Part shown: piece by piece, positions 1-14,478 of the stretch
Layout of the letters: every line of letters begins with the position of its first letter
Position numbering within the stretch: the stretch's first letter is position 1
DNA from: Octopus sinensis
Taxonomy: Eukaryota
Direction: 5' to 3'
DNA: 64,000 bases
Assembly: GCF_006345805.1 (NCBI RefSeq)
Contig: NC_042998.1
Location: 176,514,001 to 176,578,000 of the forward strand
Translations under genes and position numbers: made by a program
Notes under the pieces: generated by a model
What the model was told of the DNA's origin: nothing
What the model saw: only the letters and a program-made list of their open reading frames with translations
Databases searched by the model: none

Positions 1-144
1 ACTTATGCCAAGTTCCATTCAGGAGCGATGGATATCGATGTTCCGTCATTTTCGTGATGTATCAACATTACGTACCCGAACCGAACCGGTGGGAAATTAT
101 ATTATACTATATTATATGCAAACTTGTGTGCACGCATACATATT

Positions 145-300
145 GGCGTAGGAGTAGCTGTGTGGTAAGTAGCTTGCTTACCAACCACATGGTTCCGGGT
201 TCAGTCCTACACACCTTGGGAAAGTGTCTTCTACTATAGCCTCGGCCGACCAAAGCGTTGTGAGTGGATTTGGTAGACGAAACTGAAAAAAAACCCGTCG

Positions 301-370
<70 letters not shown>

Positions 371-592
371 ATATGTATGTGTGTGTGGTGTGTGTGTGGT
401 GTGGTGGTGTGTGTGTGTGTTGTCCCCGACATCATCGCTTGACATCGGTTCGGCAAAAAGGACCGATAGAATAAGTACTTGGATTACAAAGAATAAGTCC
501 TGGGGTCGATTTGCTCGACTAAAGGCGGTGCTCCAGCATGGCAACAGTCACATGACTGAAACAAGTAAAAGAATAATAAGAGTAAAGAGTAT
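145..592 (+). mobile_element. tRNA-derived SINE, family A (head + CORE-like segment + internal TA/TG microsatellite + 3' part with AAAAGAGT-type tail)
   Basis: A-box-like TAGCTGTGTGG, B-box-like GGTTCAGTCC, CCTTGGGAAAGTGTCTT segment; the same sequence recurs at least 8 times in the window on both strands. Confidence 0.85.
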
Positions 593-831
593 ATACACAT
601 AAATGTGTTTGTGAGAATTTTATGGAACATTTCTGTAATATCTTGTGTATATGTCTCGACCATTTAATGAATATTCTGTAAATATTACAAATATTTCCCA
701 GTTCATCATAGAATTAGTTCTGCAATATCATGATACTTATATAGAGAGGTTATTCTGCATATTCCAGATATCTTTCCGAAAATACGTCCGTGTATATACA
801 TATCAGTATACATGTGGGTGGGTTGTATATC

Positions 832-866
<35 letters not shown>

Positions 867-939
867 TATATATAGATATATATATATATATAATATCAGT
901 ATGCATGTGTGTGTGTGTATCTATATATATCAGTATGCA

Positions 940-970
<31 letters not shown>

Positions 971-1159
971 TATATATATATCTGTGTGTATGTCTATTTG
1001 TTCGTATGTGTGTGTGTTTGTTTGTGTGTATATGTGTTTGTGTGTGTGTGTGTGTGTGTACGTGTGCATGTATGTGTTCATGTTTGTGTGTGTGTGTGTT
1101 TGTTTATGTGTGTGTGTGTGTGTGTGTGTGTTTGTGTGTGTGTATGCGTGTGTGTTAGA

Positions 1160-1340
1160 CCTGAGTCAAAGCAACGTCAGTTCGGTATGTGATTTGCACC
1201 AAATCAAATACGTATTTGTATCGGATGGTAATTCATGCATTAACGGTACAGTTAGCTGCAGGTTTTACTAAGCGTTGATCACGCTTCACCTAATACGATA
1301 GGTCGAAACAGTTGACGGAACCCAATTTACCAGGATTATT
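1160..1340. repeat. Unclassified dispersed repeat, copy 1 (copy 2 at about 6300-6455)
   Basis: Shared block CATGCATTAACG...GTTGAT(C/T)ACGCTT(C/G)ACCTAATA(C/T)GATA(G/A)GTCGAAACAGTTGAC at both loci. Confidence 0.6.
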
Positions 1341-1727
1341 TCTCCCTAGCACACTTTCCATATAGACGTAAGGGAAAATTCGTGTGTGTGTGGAATCATG
1401 TGCATGTGTATATATGTATATACAAATATGCATGCATGTATGTATGTATGTATGTATGTATGTATGTATGTATGTATGTATGTATGTATGTATGTATGTA
1501 TATATGATTATATTTGTTTATGTAGATATGTATGTATAATATGTGTATGTATGTATACATATGGTCGTACTTATTGAGATTACTTTCATGCATACATATT
1601 TGTGTGATTTCGTAATGTATGTTTGTCTGTATGTGTGTACATGTATTTGTGTCTGTGTACTTAGATCTGTGTGTATGGGTAGGTTTGGGATTGTAAATGG
1701 ACAGAATACTCACTAGATTCCTAGGTG

Positions 1728-1760
<33 letters not shown>

Positions 1761-1822
1761 CAAGTCAGAGATAAATACAAACTCACATAAACACGCACAC
1801 GTATATATGTCTAATTGTATAG

Positions 1823-1853
<31 letters not shown>

Positions 1854-1886
1854 TGTATGTATGTATGTATGTATGTATGTATGTAT

Positions 1887-2443
1887 GGTCAGGTCACTTT
1901 CGAGTGCTACTGGTAACATGTAACCCAGTACAACCTGTTGCATGGTCAGGTCGTCGGCGACTAAACCGGCAACCCCACCAAGCTTGCTTGGTGAGGAGGG
2001 TATTTATTGGAACACCCTGCGGGATGAAAAACAAAACCTGTCAAAGGGCGGAGGAACTCTTGAGAGTCAACGGCCATCCAATAAATGTCTTAAGGCTGTA
2101 TTATGCTCGGGGACAGAGAAATAATCGGACTGAATACCCAATCGCGCGGTTAAACCATTAGGAGTGAAGGACTCCTAGCCTTTGTTAGGGCATCCTTCTA
2201 GGTGAAGGTAACTCAGGTAACTGGGATAACTCCGACATAAAACCTGCGGCTCAGTGGTTACCAATGATGTTGACTTGTTCTTCTTTTCGGATTATGGCTG
2301 CTGTTGCTTAGTGAGTGGGATTGACTCAGTGCACAACCTGTCCTCACTTTAAAACAAAATCTTCTTGCACAGGCATTGCACGATAACAACATTGATTAAG
2401 CTTCGTGCAATGGCTTACTCGATAACGAGGGGGGGCAGCCACC
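1887..2443 (+). mobile_element. Probable 5' UTR and ORF start of an RTE-like LINE, embedded in (TATG)n
   Basis: GC-richer non-coding block with GGGCATCCTTCTAGGTGAAGGTAACTC, reminiscent of RTE 5' UTRs; ATG at 2410 followed by truncation into (TATG)n; clade is inferred from memory of RTE UTRs. Confidence 0.45.
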
Positions 2444-2749
2444 ATGTATGTATGTATGGATGTATGTATGTATGTTAGTATGTATGTATGTATGTGATGA
2501 TGATGCATGAATGTAGTTGTATGTATGTATGTAAGTATTGTGCATGCAGCAGCATGTATGTATGTATGTATGTATATGTATGATGTATGTAAGTAGTATG
2601 TATGATGCAGCATGCAGTATGTTTGTATGTATGCATGCATGTATGTATGCATGTATGTATGTGCATGTATGTATGTATGTGTATGTATGTATGTATTATG
2701 TATGTATGTATGTATGCATGTATGTATGTATGTATGTTATGTTCTCTTC

Positions 2750-3105
2750 TGTTTTAATTACTTTAATTCTTCTTCTGAGGAAAGAGCTGGTTTCTATCAA
2801 AGATAGAAAACTGCATTGCTGGAATGTACATTACAAAAGCAATGTTACATTTCAAACTTGAGAATAGTCTTGCAGATTATTACTGTTCCATTTACAGACT
2901 GTATTTGTAATGTGCGAGTTAGTTGGTCAATTTTTTCAATTATTATTGATACAAATGTGAATTCATAATCTGGATATAGAACGTTTCGAAGCAGTTGTCC
3001 GTAGTTATCCCCTTTCTCTTTGATTCTCAAAGCGCTATTCACATCAGCAGGACAGCTGATCTCTATGACGAGTACATAGTTTTTCTTGTCTGTTCCAAAC
3101 AGCAA
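2750..3105 (-). mobile_element. 3' fragment of an RLE-type (restriction-like endonuclease) non-LTR retrotransposon
   Basis: Minus ORF VLVIEISCPADVN...KEKGDNYGQLLRNVLYPDYEFTFVSII...IQSVNGTVIICKTILKF is a PD-(D/E)xK endonuclease C-terminus; followed by a 3' UTR hairpin TTTCTATC/GATAGAAA. Confidence 0.75.
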
Positions 3106-3479
3106 TATCCGGCCTGTTATGCTTGGACTTGACAGATGCTTTGATGGAAATGCTCCACCAGTATTCTTCGTGTTGATGTTTCTGTATGTATTCAGTAACG
3201 ACGGAATTCTCTATATCTATTACAGGACAGTCATTTTTCCGAATGGTATTGTGTATTGTTTTTGTGAGTTTCGTGTCGCATAGGGCGGTAGTATGTACGT
3301 GTGTATGAATGTATAAACAAGAATGACATAAAGGAAATATCTCAGAATCAGCGGAAGCATGTATTTATTTGAGCAACATAGAGAAATATAGTTATATCAA
3401 ATACCACACAACATAAATTCTTGATTTATCAAAGTGATTTCTGTCTCCAGATGTATGTTATATCATAATTACCAAACGG

Positions 3480-4250
3480 CAATAAAGATAAGCTCCACTT
3501 TAGAAGGGAAGATAATCTAAAGAACCAAAAATCTCCAAAGGACAGGCTTATTGTCTGGAGATGAAAGGACAGCCGTTGACACGTATTTCCGGCAGAATAG
3601 CCGACATCAGCACGATAATTTACCATCCTTATCTCTAGTAACCAACCAAGAGACTTATACAGAAAAAGAGTAGAAAACATCTATGTAATTTGCATAATTT
3701 AAACAAAAATGCGTTAAAAGAAATAACTCAGAGTAGCTCTGACTACCATAGACAAATGCAGTTACATCAAATACCATACAGCGTAAATTTTTGTGTTAAT
3801 GAAATTATTTCTGCTTCTAGAGAGTGTATCATAGAGGTATTTCTCTTAGCTATTATTCATTTAAATCGGGCTCTAAATGTGTTCCGTTCATATCGCATTT
3901 CTATCAAACAATATTACTCAAAAGTAATGTTTGCTGCCAATTCAACGTGGCTTTTCCGTACGGAACGACGTTACAACTAATTTTTAACCCCAGGAGAACA
4001 TCTACTTGCATCTCTTATAGAGATTTTAGAAATATTACTTAAACTTACGGAAAAAACCCCATCCTTGTACACACGATCTTTCTAACTTAAAATTGAAGAA
4101 AATACCAAAGCAAAGCGACAGAATAGAGTTATATTACTTTCAATGACTATAAAGATTATTTCTTTGCAAACCCGAATTACTTATTGATTAGTCCAGATAA
4201 ACATGATCTGGGTAGCATTAGTAAAATCATTCTAGATTCGATTATTTTTA
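3480..4250 (+). pseudogene. Highly decayed Penelope-like (GIY-YIG) remnant
   Basis: Fragment SFKSGSKCVPFISHFYQTILLKSNVCCQFN resembles the S-N-V-V-Y-x-F-x-C start of PLE GIY-YIG domains; many stops; weak. Confidence 0.3.
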
Positions 4251-5757
4251 ATATGCATCAAGCAACAAACCGAAAGTGATGGAATAATAAGTACGTCGGT
4301 ATATCGAGTCAGATTTAACAGTATACGATAAATCTAATTGTAAATTCACATAAGTAGACATAGTGAGTTTTATCCATAGGTATCTGAACCGTATTTCCCG
4401 AAAGAATTAGTGTTTGTAAAAACAATTACAGTAGTCAATAGCACTGATATCAAGATTATCAAGATTATCAAGCATGTGAGGAAAACCCTTACATTTTACA
4501 AAGAGTCTTAATGCATCTTAAGAAAAGAGGAAATGTTTTATGTTTCGATTAGATCATTTGATGATGGTGAGCTCTGGGAATCGGTAGGTTTATCTTAGGC
4601 TTCTTGTTTAACTGATTTTCATTTTATATACATCGTGCGTTAACGTGAAAGACTATCTGTTATTTTAAATAATCTTTCTCCTAAAATAGAGGTCGCCTTT
4701 TAATGTGAATATAAAATGCGAACATTGTATCCAATTGTGTACATAAAATTGTTAGTATGGGGGAAGGTTAGCAACAGGCTAATCTCTGCGACTTAAATAT
4801 TTTCTGCAGAAACAACTTACTTCACATTAATATAATAAAATAATATAAGTGACGTATTCTATTTCCTTATATAAGTATTTTGAGTAATTGTACAACAAGA
4901 AAATGCATATTTCTCAAGAAAAAATCTTTTAACGATTGCCATGTCAATCATTGAAAAGATCTTTGCACTAAGCGTATTTAGCCCATTGTGGGCAGTAAAG
5001 AAATAGGTATTTAATTGACAATATCACCTCACTCGTTGTATAGAAATAGAAAATTCAACCATAAACTTTAAAGTTAGAACGAATTTTGGGGTGGAGTGTA
5101 ATTATATAGAGTGGGCTCAGATTATACCCATCTCACCTAAAGGCTTTGGATATGGCTTCATGTCACCAGTTGTCTTATACAATAGCCTTTGCGGCAATTT
5201 AGTCAATCTAACTCTTTTATACCTCCCGTTATACTTCCTGTCATTAAATGATAGTTCTAGAAAAATTAATATTTTCAAAGAGTCTAAAAATTTAAATTAA
5301 AGCTATTTTAGAAATAAATATTAAGAAAATATCCATATAGAGAAACGAGTCAAAGAGTGCAATTTATTAATAACATTAGAATCACCCACCTTCCCCAATC
5401 TTTTAAACTTTAGCACTTAATATGAGTAAGAGAAATTCCAACATGGCTTCCGATGAAGATTCACTTAACCGTGCAGCGATTTATTAAAATGATGTCATAA
5501 AGGATACTTTGTTTGAAGATACTAAAACCATATTATAGTTCGTGTTCCATTCAACGAAAAACAAAGAACACCACATGTAAATGTGCGTGAGTATTCGTGC
5601 GTGTGTACGTGTGGGGAGGTGGGGGTGTATTCACACATTTTATGTGCATGTAAAATGAAAATAAAAAAATATTAAAATCAAGTTGTTTGCTATTATTTCT
5701 CATTTCTAGAAAGTGTTGTATATATATATATATATTATATATATATATATATATATG

Positions 5758-5815
<58 letters not shown>

Positions 5816-5821
5816 GTATGT

Positions 5822-5883
<62 letters not shown>

Positions 5884-6299
5884 CATATACATATATATAT
5901 ACATACATATATATATACACACATACATATATATATATACATATATATATATATGTATGTATGTATGTATATATACAGAGAGGGAGGGGGAGGGGAGAGA
6001 AGAGAGAGGGAGGGGAGAGAGAAGAGATAGACAAACAGACAGATAGATACGCGTGTATATAATTTATATATAGATTATTATGTATTATTTATATATCATA
6101 TATATTTATATACGTGTGTCCAAGTATTTGCACGCACACACACACATACATGAATCTATCTCTCTAGCTGCACACACACACGCACACACATTCACGCATA
6201 CATACACACACGCACACACACAAACACATGCACACACTCACACACACACTGACATACGTCAATATTTGTGCAAGTCTGTATGAAATTTTAAATAATGAA

Positions 6300-6455
6300 T
6301 CGTCTTCGTATTTGTGCCAAATCTAATACATGTCAATACACAGGAAACTGCGATCCATGCATTAACGATACTGCTACAGATTTTAACCAACAGTTGATTA
6401 CGCTTGACCTAATATGATAAGTCGAAACAGTTGACAAGCCCAATTTTCCAGCATA
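6300..6455. repeat. Unclassified dispersed repeat, copy 2 of 1160-1340
   Basis: Direct sequence similarity to 1160-1340. Confidence 0.6.
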
Positions 6456-6522
6456 AATCTCAGTTCTCTGTCTGTTTCTCTCTCTTTCTCTCTCTCCCTC
6501 ACTCTCTCTCTCTCTTTTACTT

Positions 6523-6585
<63 letters not shown>

Positions 6586-6715
6586 GTGTGTATATTTATG
6601 CATGTATATATTGTGTATATATATAATGCATGTATACATTGTGTATATATATATAAGTGTGTATATTTATGCATGTATATATGCATGTATGTATGTATGT
6701 ATATATGTATGTATG

Positions 6716-6756
<41 letters not shown>

Positions 6757-6781
6757 CATAGACAGAGAGAGAGGGATGTAA

Positions 6782-6866
<85 letters not shown>

Positions 6867-6968
6867 CAGATAGATAGATAGATAGATGCACGCACTATAC
6901 GTTTATATATATCTATAGGTATCTGTCTATCTACACACACATACATACATACTTACATATATACATAC

Positions 6969-7006
<38 letters not shown>

Positions 7007-7108
7007 ATGTGTAGGAAAAATAGAGAAAGGAGACAAACACTCAAGTTGTTATTAAATCATTTATATCTTCATATCTCCTATACATGTTTTGAGATATATA
7101 TATATATG

Positions 7109-7144
<36 letters not shown>

Positions 7145-7241
7145 TGTATGTATGTATGTATGTATGTATGTATGTATGTATATATATACGTATGTATGTA
7201 TGTATGTATGTATGTATGTATGTATGTATATAAAATATATA

Positions 7242-8880
7242 TTAGGGTGGCCCTTAGCAATAGATAATTTTCCAAAAGTTAAAATTTTGCTGCTTTCGCC
7301 CCCAAATCCTGTTCCAATAAGTAGCAAAACGGGCGGTGCAAAGATCTCATCTTAATAGGACAACGCCTTAAAGTTGGAACATAGTATACGCAACGATCAA
7401 TTCTGTTCAAAATAATGTTCCCTTTCTCGACCATTTTCTTTTTTCTTCTTAGGGAAATTTATGTGGACACATTCAGGCAACTCTAACAAATGTTTTAAAA
7501 CGTTCTGAGTCAAATTTACAAATAGCTAATTTGAAAAATTCCTGAAATAAGATGAAAATCTTAAGAAGTATTAGGTTTTCTTAATAAAGCACACTTTCTA
7601 TAAGAGAAACGCATTTTTATTTGCAACAATAATTTCTAAAGAATCAAAAACATGATGTGAACACTGAACGCTGAATATTGGACATTACTTTTCCATAAGA
7701 GAAGATTTAGTGGCAGTCGTGTATGTTATACGGTTTTCAGTAACGACCTGTAAAACAAAGTGTTTCTCAGGTTCATCTTTTGTGAGAATGTTATTGTAAT
7801 CCTAAATGAGTTTGACACCTCTTTCTGAAACATCGTTCACAACAACTGACTTCTCAAGTTTTTCAAGTCCACCTTTGTAACTAGGATCATCCTTCCATGT
7901 TGATGGGTCTTTGTCGAGGAAATCGGTGCTGACAGAAAATCTCGTGAAGAAAGTTTTCGTACCAGGAGTTACAAAAGACGAAAAGTCAATGTTTGTAAAA
8001 GAACAGAGTCATTTTGCTGCAGACTGTACCTCTTCAGTTGATTTTTTTCTTCTTCCTCTTCTTCACATGTGTCTGCTTCCAGCATAACTTGAGCAATATT
8101 TGCCTTCGCCTCTGTTGGAACATTGTCATCTAATATGGACAGAGCCACAGTTTCGGGAGCTAAGAACCAGAGATGGTTGGAAATTTTTTTCGCAGAAGCC
8201 TTACTGATTTCTTGATAATATCTTGATAATTTATCAGTTGACGCATGAATAGGAAACCATGATGAGGTGCTTTAATTGCTTCTGATTAGAGAAACCAGGC
8301 TCGATCATACGCTCGAGCAAGAAAAATTCGTATTCTTCTTAAAGAGTTCTCCCAAGGAGATAACTGAAATTGATCTTGAAACAGGTATACCTTGAATGCA
8401 TAAATTACTCTTTACATCCACATAACATGACTTACAGCTCCTGGAGTACGAAACGATATCCCGTTCTTCAGAATACCGCCAAGAAAAATCATTGTTAACT
8501 CCAACAATTCTCGGTAATCATTTCGCTGTTGTTTCTACGTAGAAAGGTAGTATTCAAGAAATCCAAGAATGGCAGAGCGGACATCATCAGGCACTCTATT
8601 GCTACTAGTTATGTAAACTTTCTTGTTGAGTTTCGTTCAAGTTTCTTTAAATCTTTTGTAAAACGCTATGTCTGGACCAGAAGTTGCACCCATCAGTGAG
8701 TTGAAACAGCTCCTAAAAACTAATTAAAAAATATGATGACGGCAAGGGAAGTACAACAGGTCGCGATTGAACAATTATCTTAGGTTTGTACAGGCAATAT
8801 TTACTCGACCTGAGTATGTATAGGCAACATTTACTCGACCTGAGTATGTATTAGTGATAACTGGGTTTTTGAGTTGTTTT
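7242..8880 (-). mobile_element. hAT-superfamily (hATm-like) DNA transposon remnant with a disrupted transposase
   Basis: Minus translation RNDYRELLELTMIFLGG...FRTPGAVSHVMWM*RVIYAFKVYLFQDQFQL and SNHLWFLAPETVAL; TTAGGGTGG terminus at 7242; other end not found; subfamily assignment is from recalled motifs. Confidence 0.6.
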
Positions 8881-8926
8881 GACTTTTATTTCTAGCAATG
8901 CTGCGTACTATCTTGTATCCTGATTA

Positions 8927-9030
<104 letters not shown>

Positions 9031-9457
9031 GCACTCACCAGATATGTGTGTATAGGTTTGTTGTATACAGATATATTTTCTATTAACTTCCACAAAATAG
9101 AATGTACCAAGTCAGACCTTCGAAAGATGATTAAAAAGTTAGGTCTTAAGATGTTGTCCACGAGTTTTAATATCATCTTGAATAATGGTTTAAGTACGTG
9201 CAAAAATTTCACAAATATTAATCATTCATCAAGTAATCCAAGAAAGTATACGAAGTGAACTAAAGCACGTATTATATTCTTCTTCCTCAGAATATCAATA
9301 ATGTCTATAAAAAGCTAATTCTTGGACGGAAGACCTTAAAAGAAAGAAATAGCAACTAAAAACTTTGAAACGCAGGGAAAAAAGTGACTAAAGGTAACTT
9401 GGCTAACAGAACAATGTTTAGAAGGGACATTTTCCTTATATTACATTCAACTGCCAT

Positions 9458-9696
9458 ACTCTTTTACTCTTTTACTTGTTTCAGTCATTTGACTGCGGCC
9501 ATGCTGGAGCACCGCCTTTTAATCGAGCAACTCGACCCCGGGACTTATTCTTTGTAAGCCTAGTACTTATTCTATCGATCTCTTTTGCTGAACCGCTAAG
9601 TAACGGGAACATAAACACACCAGCATCGGTTGTCAAGCAATGTTAGGGGGACAAACACAGACACAGACACACACACACCACACACGCACACACACG

Positions 9697-9745
<49 letters not shown>

Positions 9746-9926
9746 TATTATATATAATATATACGACGGGCTTCTTTCAGTTTCTGTCTACCAAATCCAC
9801 TCACAAGGCTTTGGTCGGCCCGAGGCTATAGTAGAAGACACTTGCCCAAGATGCCACACAGTGGGACTGAACCCGGGACCATGTGGTTGGTTAGCAAGCT
9901 ACTTACCACTCAGCCACTCCTGCGCC
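9458..9926 (-). mobile_element. Full-length SINE family A flanked by an approximately 185-bp direct duplication
   Basis: Reverse complement starts AGGCGCAGGAGTGGCTGAGTGGTAAG and ends in AAAAGAGT repeats; flanks 9270-9457 and 9927-10111 are near-identical. Confidence 0.9.
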
Positions 9927-10786
9927 TATTATATTCTTCTTCCTAAGAATATCAATAATGTCTATAAAAAGCTAATGCTTGGACGTAAGACCTTGAAAGG
10001 AAAGAAATAGCAACTAAAAGCTGAAACGCGGGAAAAAGTGACTAAAGATAACTTGGCTAACAGAACAATGTTTAGAAGGGACATTTTCCTTATATTACAT
10101 TCAACTGCCATGATGATGTTTTTTTTTTTTTTAGGAAACCCAAAGAGCACACTGAAAAATCTTGTTAAGTGTGAGTTGTGTGACATTAGTAAAGTCATTT
10201 TAGGATCGATTAATTTTAATAGCCTCCAAGGAACTAAGTAACCGTTACCGAATAATAGTACTTCGGTAATCAAGTGAATCTATTTGCCAACTCGTATAGG
10301 CCCAGCGAATTTTCGAGCTATTTAATAACACACAAAGCTATTAACTCTACTTTAAATCTAGCTTTCTTTCATGTGCCGTCATGACTACGACCTGTATCTG
10401 TGACCAGGTCGCTGCTGTGCGGCAATAATTTTGATACCACATTGAAATAAATTTACAATTAAGTGAATTTAACAGCTCTGTGTGTCGTTAAAGATTTCTT
10501 TCACTGTGTAAACGCTTCAGCTTTAGCGAATAATATCTGATCGTATCACTTACTACGCAAGAACTCCAAAATATCTAAAACCATTTCTCCAAAAGAAGCT
10601 TAGTATTTGGAAAGACATTTCTGCCAATCTGTGATACTATTATGGACAATATCATATTGCCAGGAAAGCTATTCTATTTTTCTAAGGTATTTACTTGAAA
10701 AATATATTTTTATAACTTCTAGATAATTTAATGGAGTTGACAGATCTATGAATATACTTGGTTAAGGTATTCTATTTGGTTTATAC

Positions 10787-11073
10787 TCTTTACTTACATG
10801 TTTCAGTCATTTGACTGCGGCCATGATGGAGCACCGGTTCTCAAGCGATATTGGGGGGACAAACACAGACAAACAAACACACACACATATATATACATAT
10901 ACATATATACGACGGCCTTCTTTCAGTTTCCTTCTACTAAATCCACTCACAAGGTTTTGGTCGGCCCGAGGCTATAGTAGAAGACACTTGCCCAAGGTGC
11001 CACGCAATGGGACGGAACCCAGAACTATGTGGTTGGTAAGCAAGCTACTTACCACACAGCCACTCCTGCGCCT
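10787..11073 (-). mobile_element. SINE family A, internally deleted copy
   Basis: Homology to 9458-9926. Confidence 0.8.
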
Positions 11074-11281
11074 ATACAGAGATGATTGTCTTTGAATTTT
11101 CGTATTATTGCTGGACGTCTTTGAAGTTTCCATCTAGATTATTTCATTCATAAGATATTAGTTGATTCGAGAGTATAGAATGTGGGATTCGGCCAAACTG
11201 CCATGTAATAGGACGGAACCTAGAATTTCTTGATTGCGAAACGAAATTCTTAACCATGCTTACATAAACACACACGCACAC

Positions 11282-11357
<76 letters not shown>

Positions 11358-12568
11358 CCTATCTGTGTATATATATATATATGTATATACATACATACAT
11401 ATACATATATATGTGTGTGTGTATATATATACATATATATATATATATAAATATACATATATATATATATATATGCATACACACACATATGCATATGCAT
11501 ACACACACACACATATATATATATATTGTATACATATATGTACATGCATGTATATACATATACATACATACATATACATATATATATATGTGTGTATATA
11601 TATATACATATATTTGTAAATATACATATATATAGATATATGCATACACACACACATATATATATTTATATATATACTGTTTACATGTATGTACATGCAT
11701 ACAGATATACTGCTGTAAAACTTGGTTTATGATAAATAAGTTGTGAAACATATGAATGGGTAAATAAATTCATAAATGATGATAGGTGGCGATGCAGAAG
11801 GCGTGCATAAATATAGACATGTTTATATATGGAACTAAGCTTATTTATATGTAACTAGACAGACAAGCGACTGTTTAGTAGACAAATGACATATACTAGT
11901 TAAACATGTGAATGTGTATTCAGCTGGTGTGCATTAGTCAAAACCGAGCGTTATCAAAAGGTGAATAAATGTTTATGATGCTACACACTGCGCTTCAGGT
12001 GCTGCAGATTAAAATTGCATCACGAAGAGAATAACTTCAACCAGAGATGAATCAATATGAGATGTAAATGCTATGAATTAAGAGACAATAAACAAGTATA
12101 AATATGAAGGAAACTTAAAATTTAAATAAATAAATAAATAAATATTTTATTTAAATAAGACAAAATATATAATAAGCAAAATAGAAGATGATATTAAGTA
12201 TGCTATATATTCGTGCGTGCATGTATGTATATGTATATATGTATATAATGATATATAATGATATATATATATATATTACACGCATGCACAGGCATATATA
12301 TATAGTATGCCTATATATTATATAAGTCACATACACACAGATACATACACACACACACATACACACATATATATTTATGCATGTGTGTATGCGTATCTTT
12401 CTACCTACATACACAGGATACATCTCCAAAAACGTATATAACGGCGCACACACGCATATACACTTGCATACATACATGTGTGTATCCACACGTGTGTGGG
12501 TATGTGTATGTGTGTGCGTATGCGTATATATATATATATATACACACACATGTGTGTATATATGTATG

Positions 12569-12619
<51 letters not shown>

Positions 12620-13304
12620 TATATATATATACATACACACACACAGATACGTATACTACTTGTATAATACACATACATTCTGTTAAAGAAAACTCTGGAA
12701 GTAATCGATTTTTCTTCACGTCTTTCGACAGATAAAAAGAAATTAATAATCAACGGCATTGTGTTCAGTCAACCAGAACATTGTAATGTCTATTTTGTTT
12801 TATAGAAGCTATAAAATTTTATCGAACCTTTCACTTATTACAAAATGCTTCCTCTCGCCCTTATTTTCTTTTCCGTATGTTTTCACTTTAATTCTTGTTT
12901 TATCTTCATACTAACTTAATATTACTTTTGTTATTAATTATATTCCACTATTAATGTTTGACTGTGTTAAAATACCGAAATAAGGTGGGGTGGGGTGGGG
13001 GGAAAGAAAGAGGAGAGAGAAAGAGATAGATATGGGTGGAAATTGTAATGGCGATTTGAGTGAAGATGGCAGACGAGAATTGGGCAAGGAATGTGGAGCG
13101 GAGGGAGTTTGATGTAAGGAATTGAGTGTAGAGACAGGGAAGTGGTGGTGATGATAGTGGTGGTGGTGGTGGTGGTGGTGAGGAATATCGAGGAGGCTGT
13201 GTGTGTGGAGGAGGTGGAGGTGACAAAGAAGAATTCCCTCGAAAGAAAAAAAACACAGGATAAAATCATAAATATATGCAGTAACAAAAATAAATCACAA
13301 TCTC

Positions 13305-13356
<52 letters not shown>

Positions 13357-13363
13357 GTGATGG

Positions 13364-13394
<31 letters not shown>

Positions 13395-13929
13395 CTGGAG
13401 GGAAAGGAGGAGGAGGAGGATAGTGATAGTGGTTGATGCTGCTGCTGATGATGATGTGGAGGAGGAGGAGGAGGAGGAGGAAGAGGAAGGCGATGATGAT
13501 GGTGACATGAAAAATAATAATTTCCTTTTATAGCTACCATTATTAGATTTGGCGTATGGGCAGCATTAATACAAACATTAAAATAAAATAAATACTTGTG
13601 AGTAACCGTCATATGTGTATTTATAAACATATACATACACACACACACACTCGCACGTGTTTAAAATATTTAGTGTCTAGACTAAGTATAAGATATATCA
13701 TACAAAATGAAAGATGCATTATATGCAATATATATAATTGGATATTATGCACTTATACGTACACAGGCGAACGCATTTATAAACGTATCATGTCTCTCTG
13801 TCTGTCTGTCTGTCTGTCTTCCTTGTTCGTCTGTTTGTCTGTCAGTCGGTCTGGCTGGCTAGCTCTGTGTGTGTATATATTAATGTTTATGTGTATGTAT
13901 GTATGTATGTATGTATGTATGTATGTATG

Positions 13930-13985
13930 TAGTCTTCTCTGACGAGATGGGAGTCGAAACATCTGGCCATGTTGTAAGAAGACTA
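13930..13985 (+). ncRNA. Type-I hammerhead ribozyme motif, canonical core
   Basis: Stem I TAGTCTTCT/AGAAGACTA (9 bp), CTGACGA, stem II GAT/GTC with GGGA loop, GAAA, stem III ACA/TGT, GTA triplet; AATAAA about 25 nt downstream. Confidence 0.75.
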
Positions 13986-14478
13986 ACATTGAGTTCTTTT
14001 TGTTACTACAATAAACAGAGCGGAATGTATTCGCATCTGTATGCTTGTGCGTATATATGTGTCCATATCTATGTGTGGGCGGCACACACATATATATATA
14101 CACACACAAGCATACATACTGTATATGTGTGTGTGTGTGTGTCTATATATTTATTCAAAACGCCAAATTTTCCCCTCATCATTTTTATCATTATTGAATT
14201 TTTCATTTTTAATATAAATTTTTTATGTGAAATATAATACTAATATTAATGCTAATACTAATATTTGAAAACCACAAACTGTAAATATTGTTAATAACGT
14301 TCATTCTTCATATAAGAAAGTCATAATTTATGGTAAGATGTTGTAGTCAATTACTCTGACATAGAAATTGACTATTATGTATAAGAATGGAACATTTAAT
14401 GTAGCGGCGTGCAAAAAATAAGTAATTAAAAGAATTTATTAGTAAAAGTGAGTTCTTGTCACTGTTTTATATTTTCAG

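Noticed and set aside
1-130. Possible mariner 5' end
   Set aside because: Too short and truncated by the window edge to support.
1270-1320. Hairpin followed by GAAAC in the 1160/6300 repeat pair
   Set aside because: No CUGANGA or covariant core directly 5' of the hairpin in either copy.
8790-8850. Approximately 31-bp tandem duplication
   Set aside because: A local slippage event inside the decayed hAT-like element, with no wider significance.
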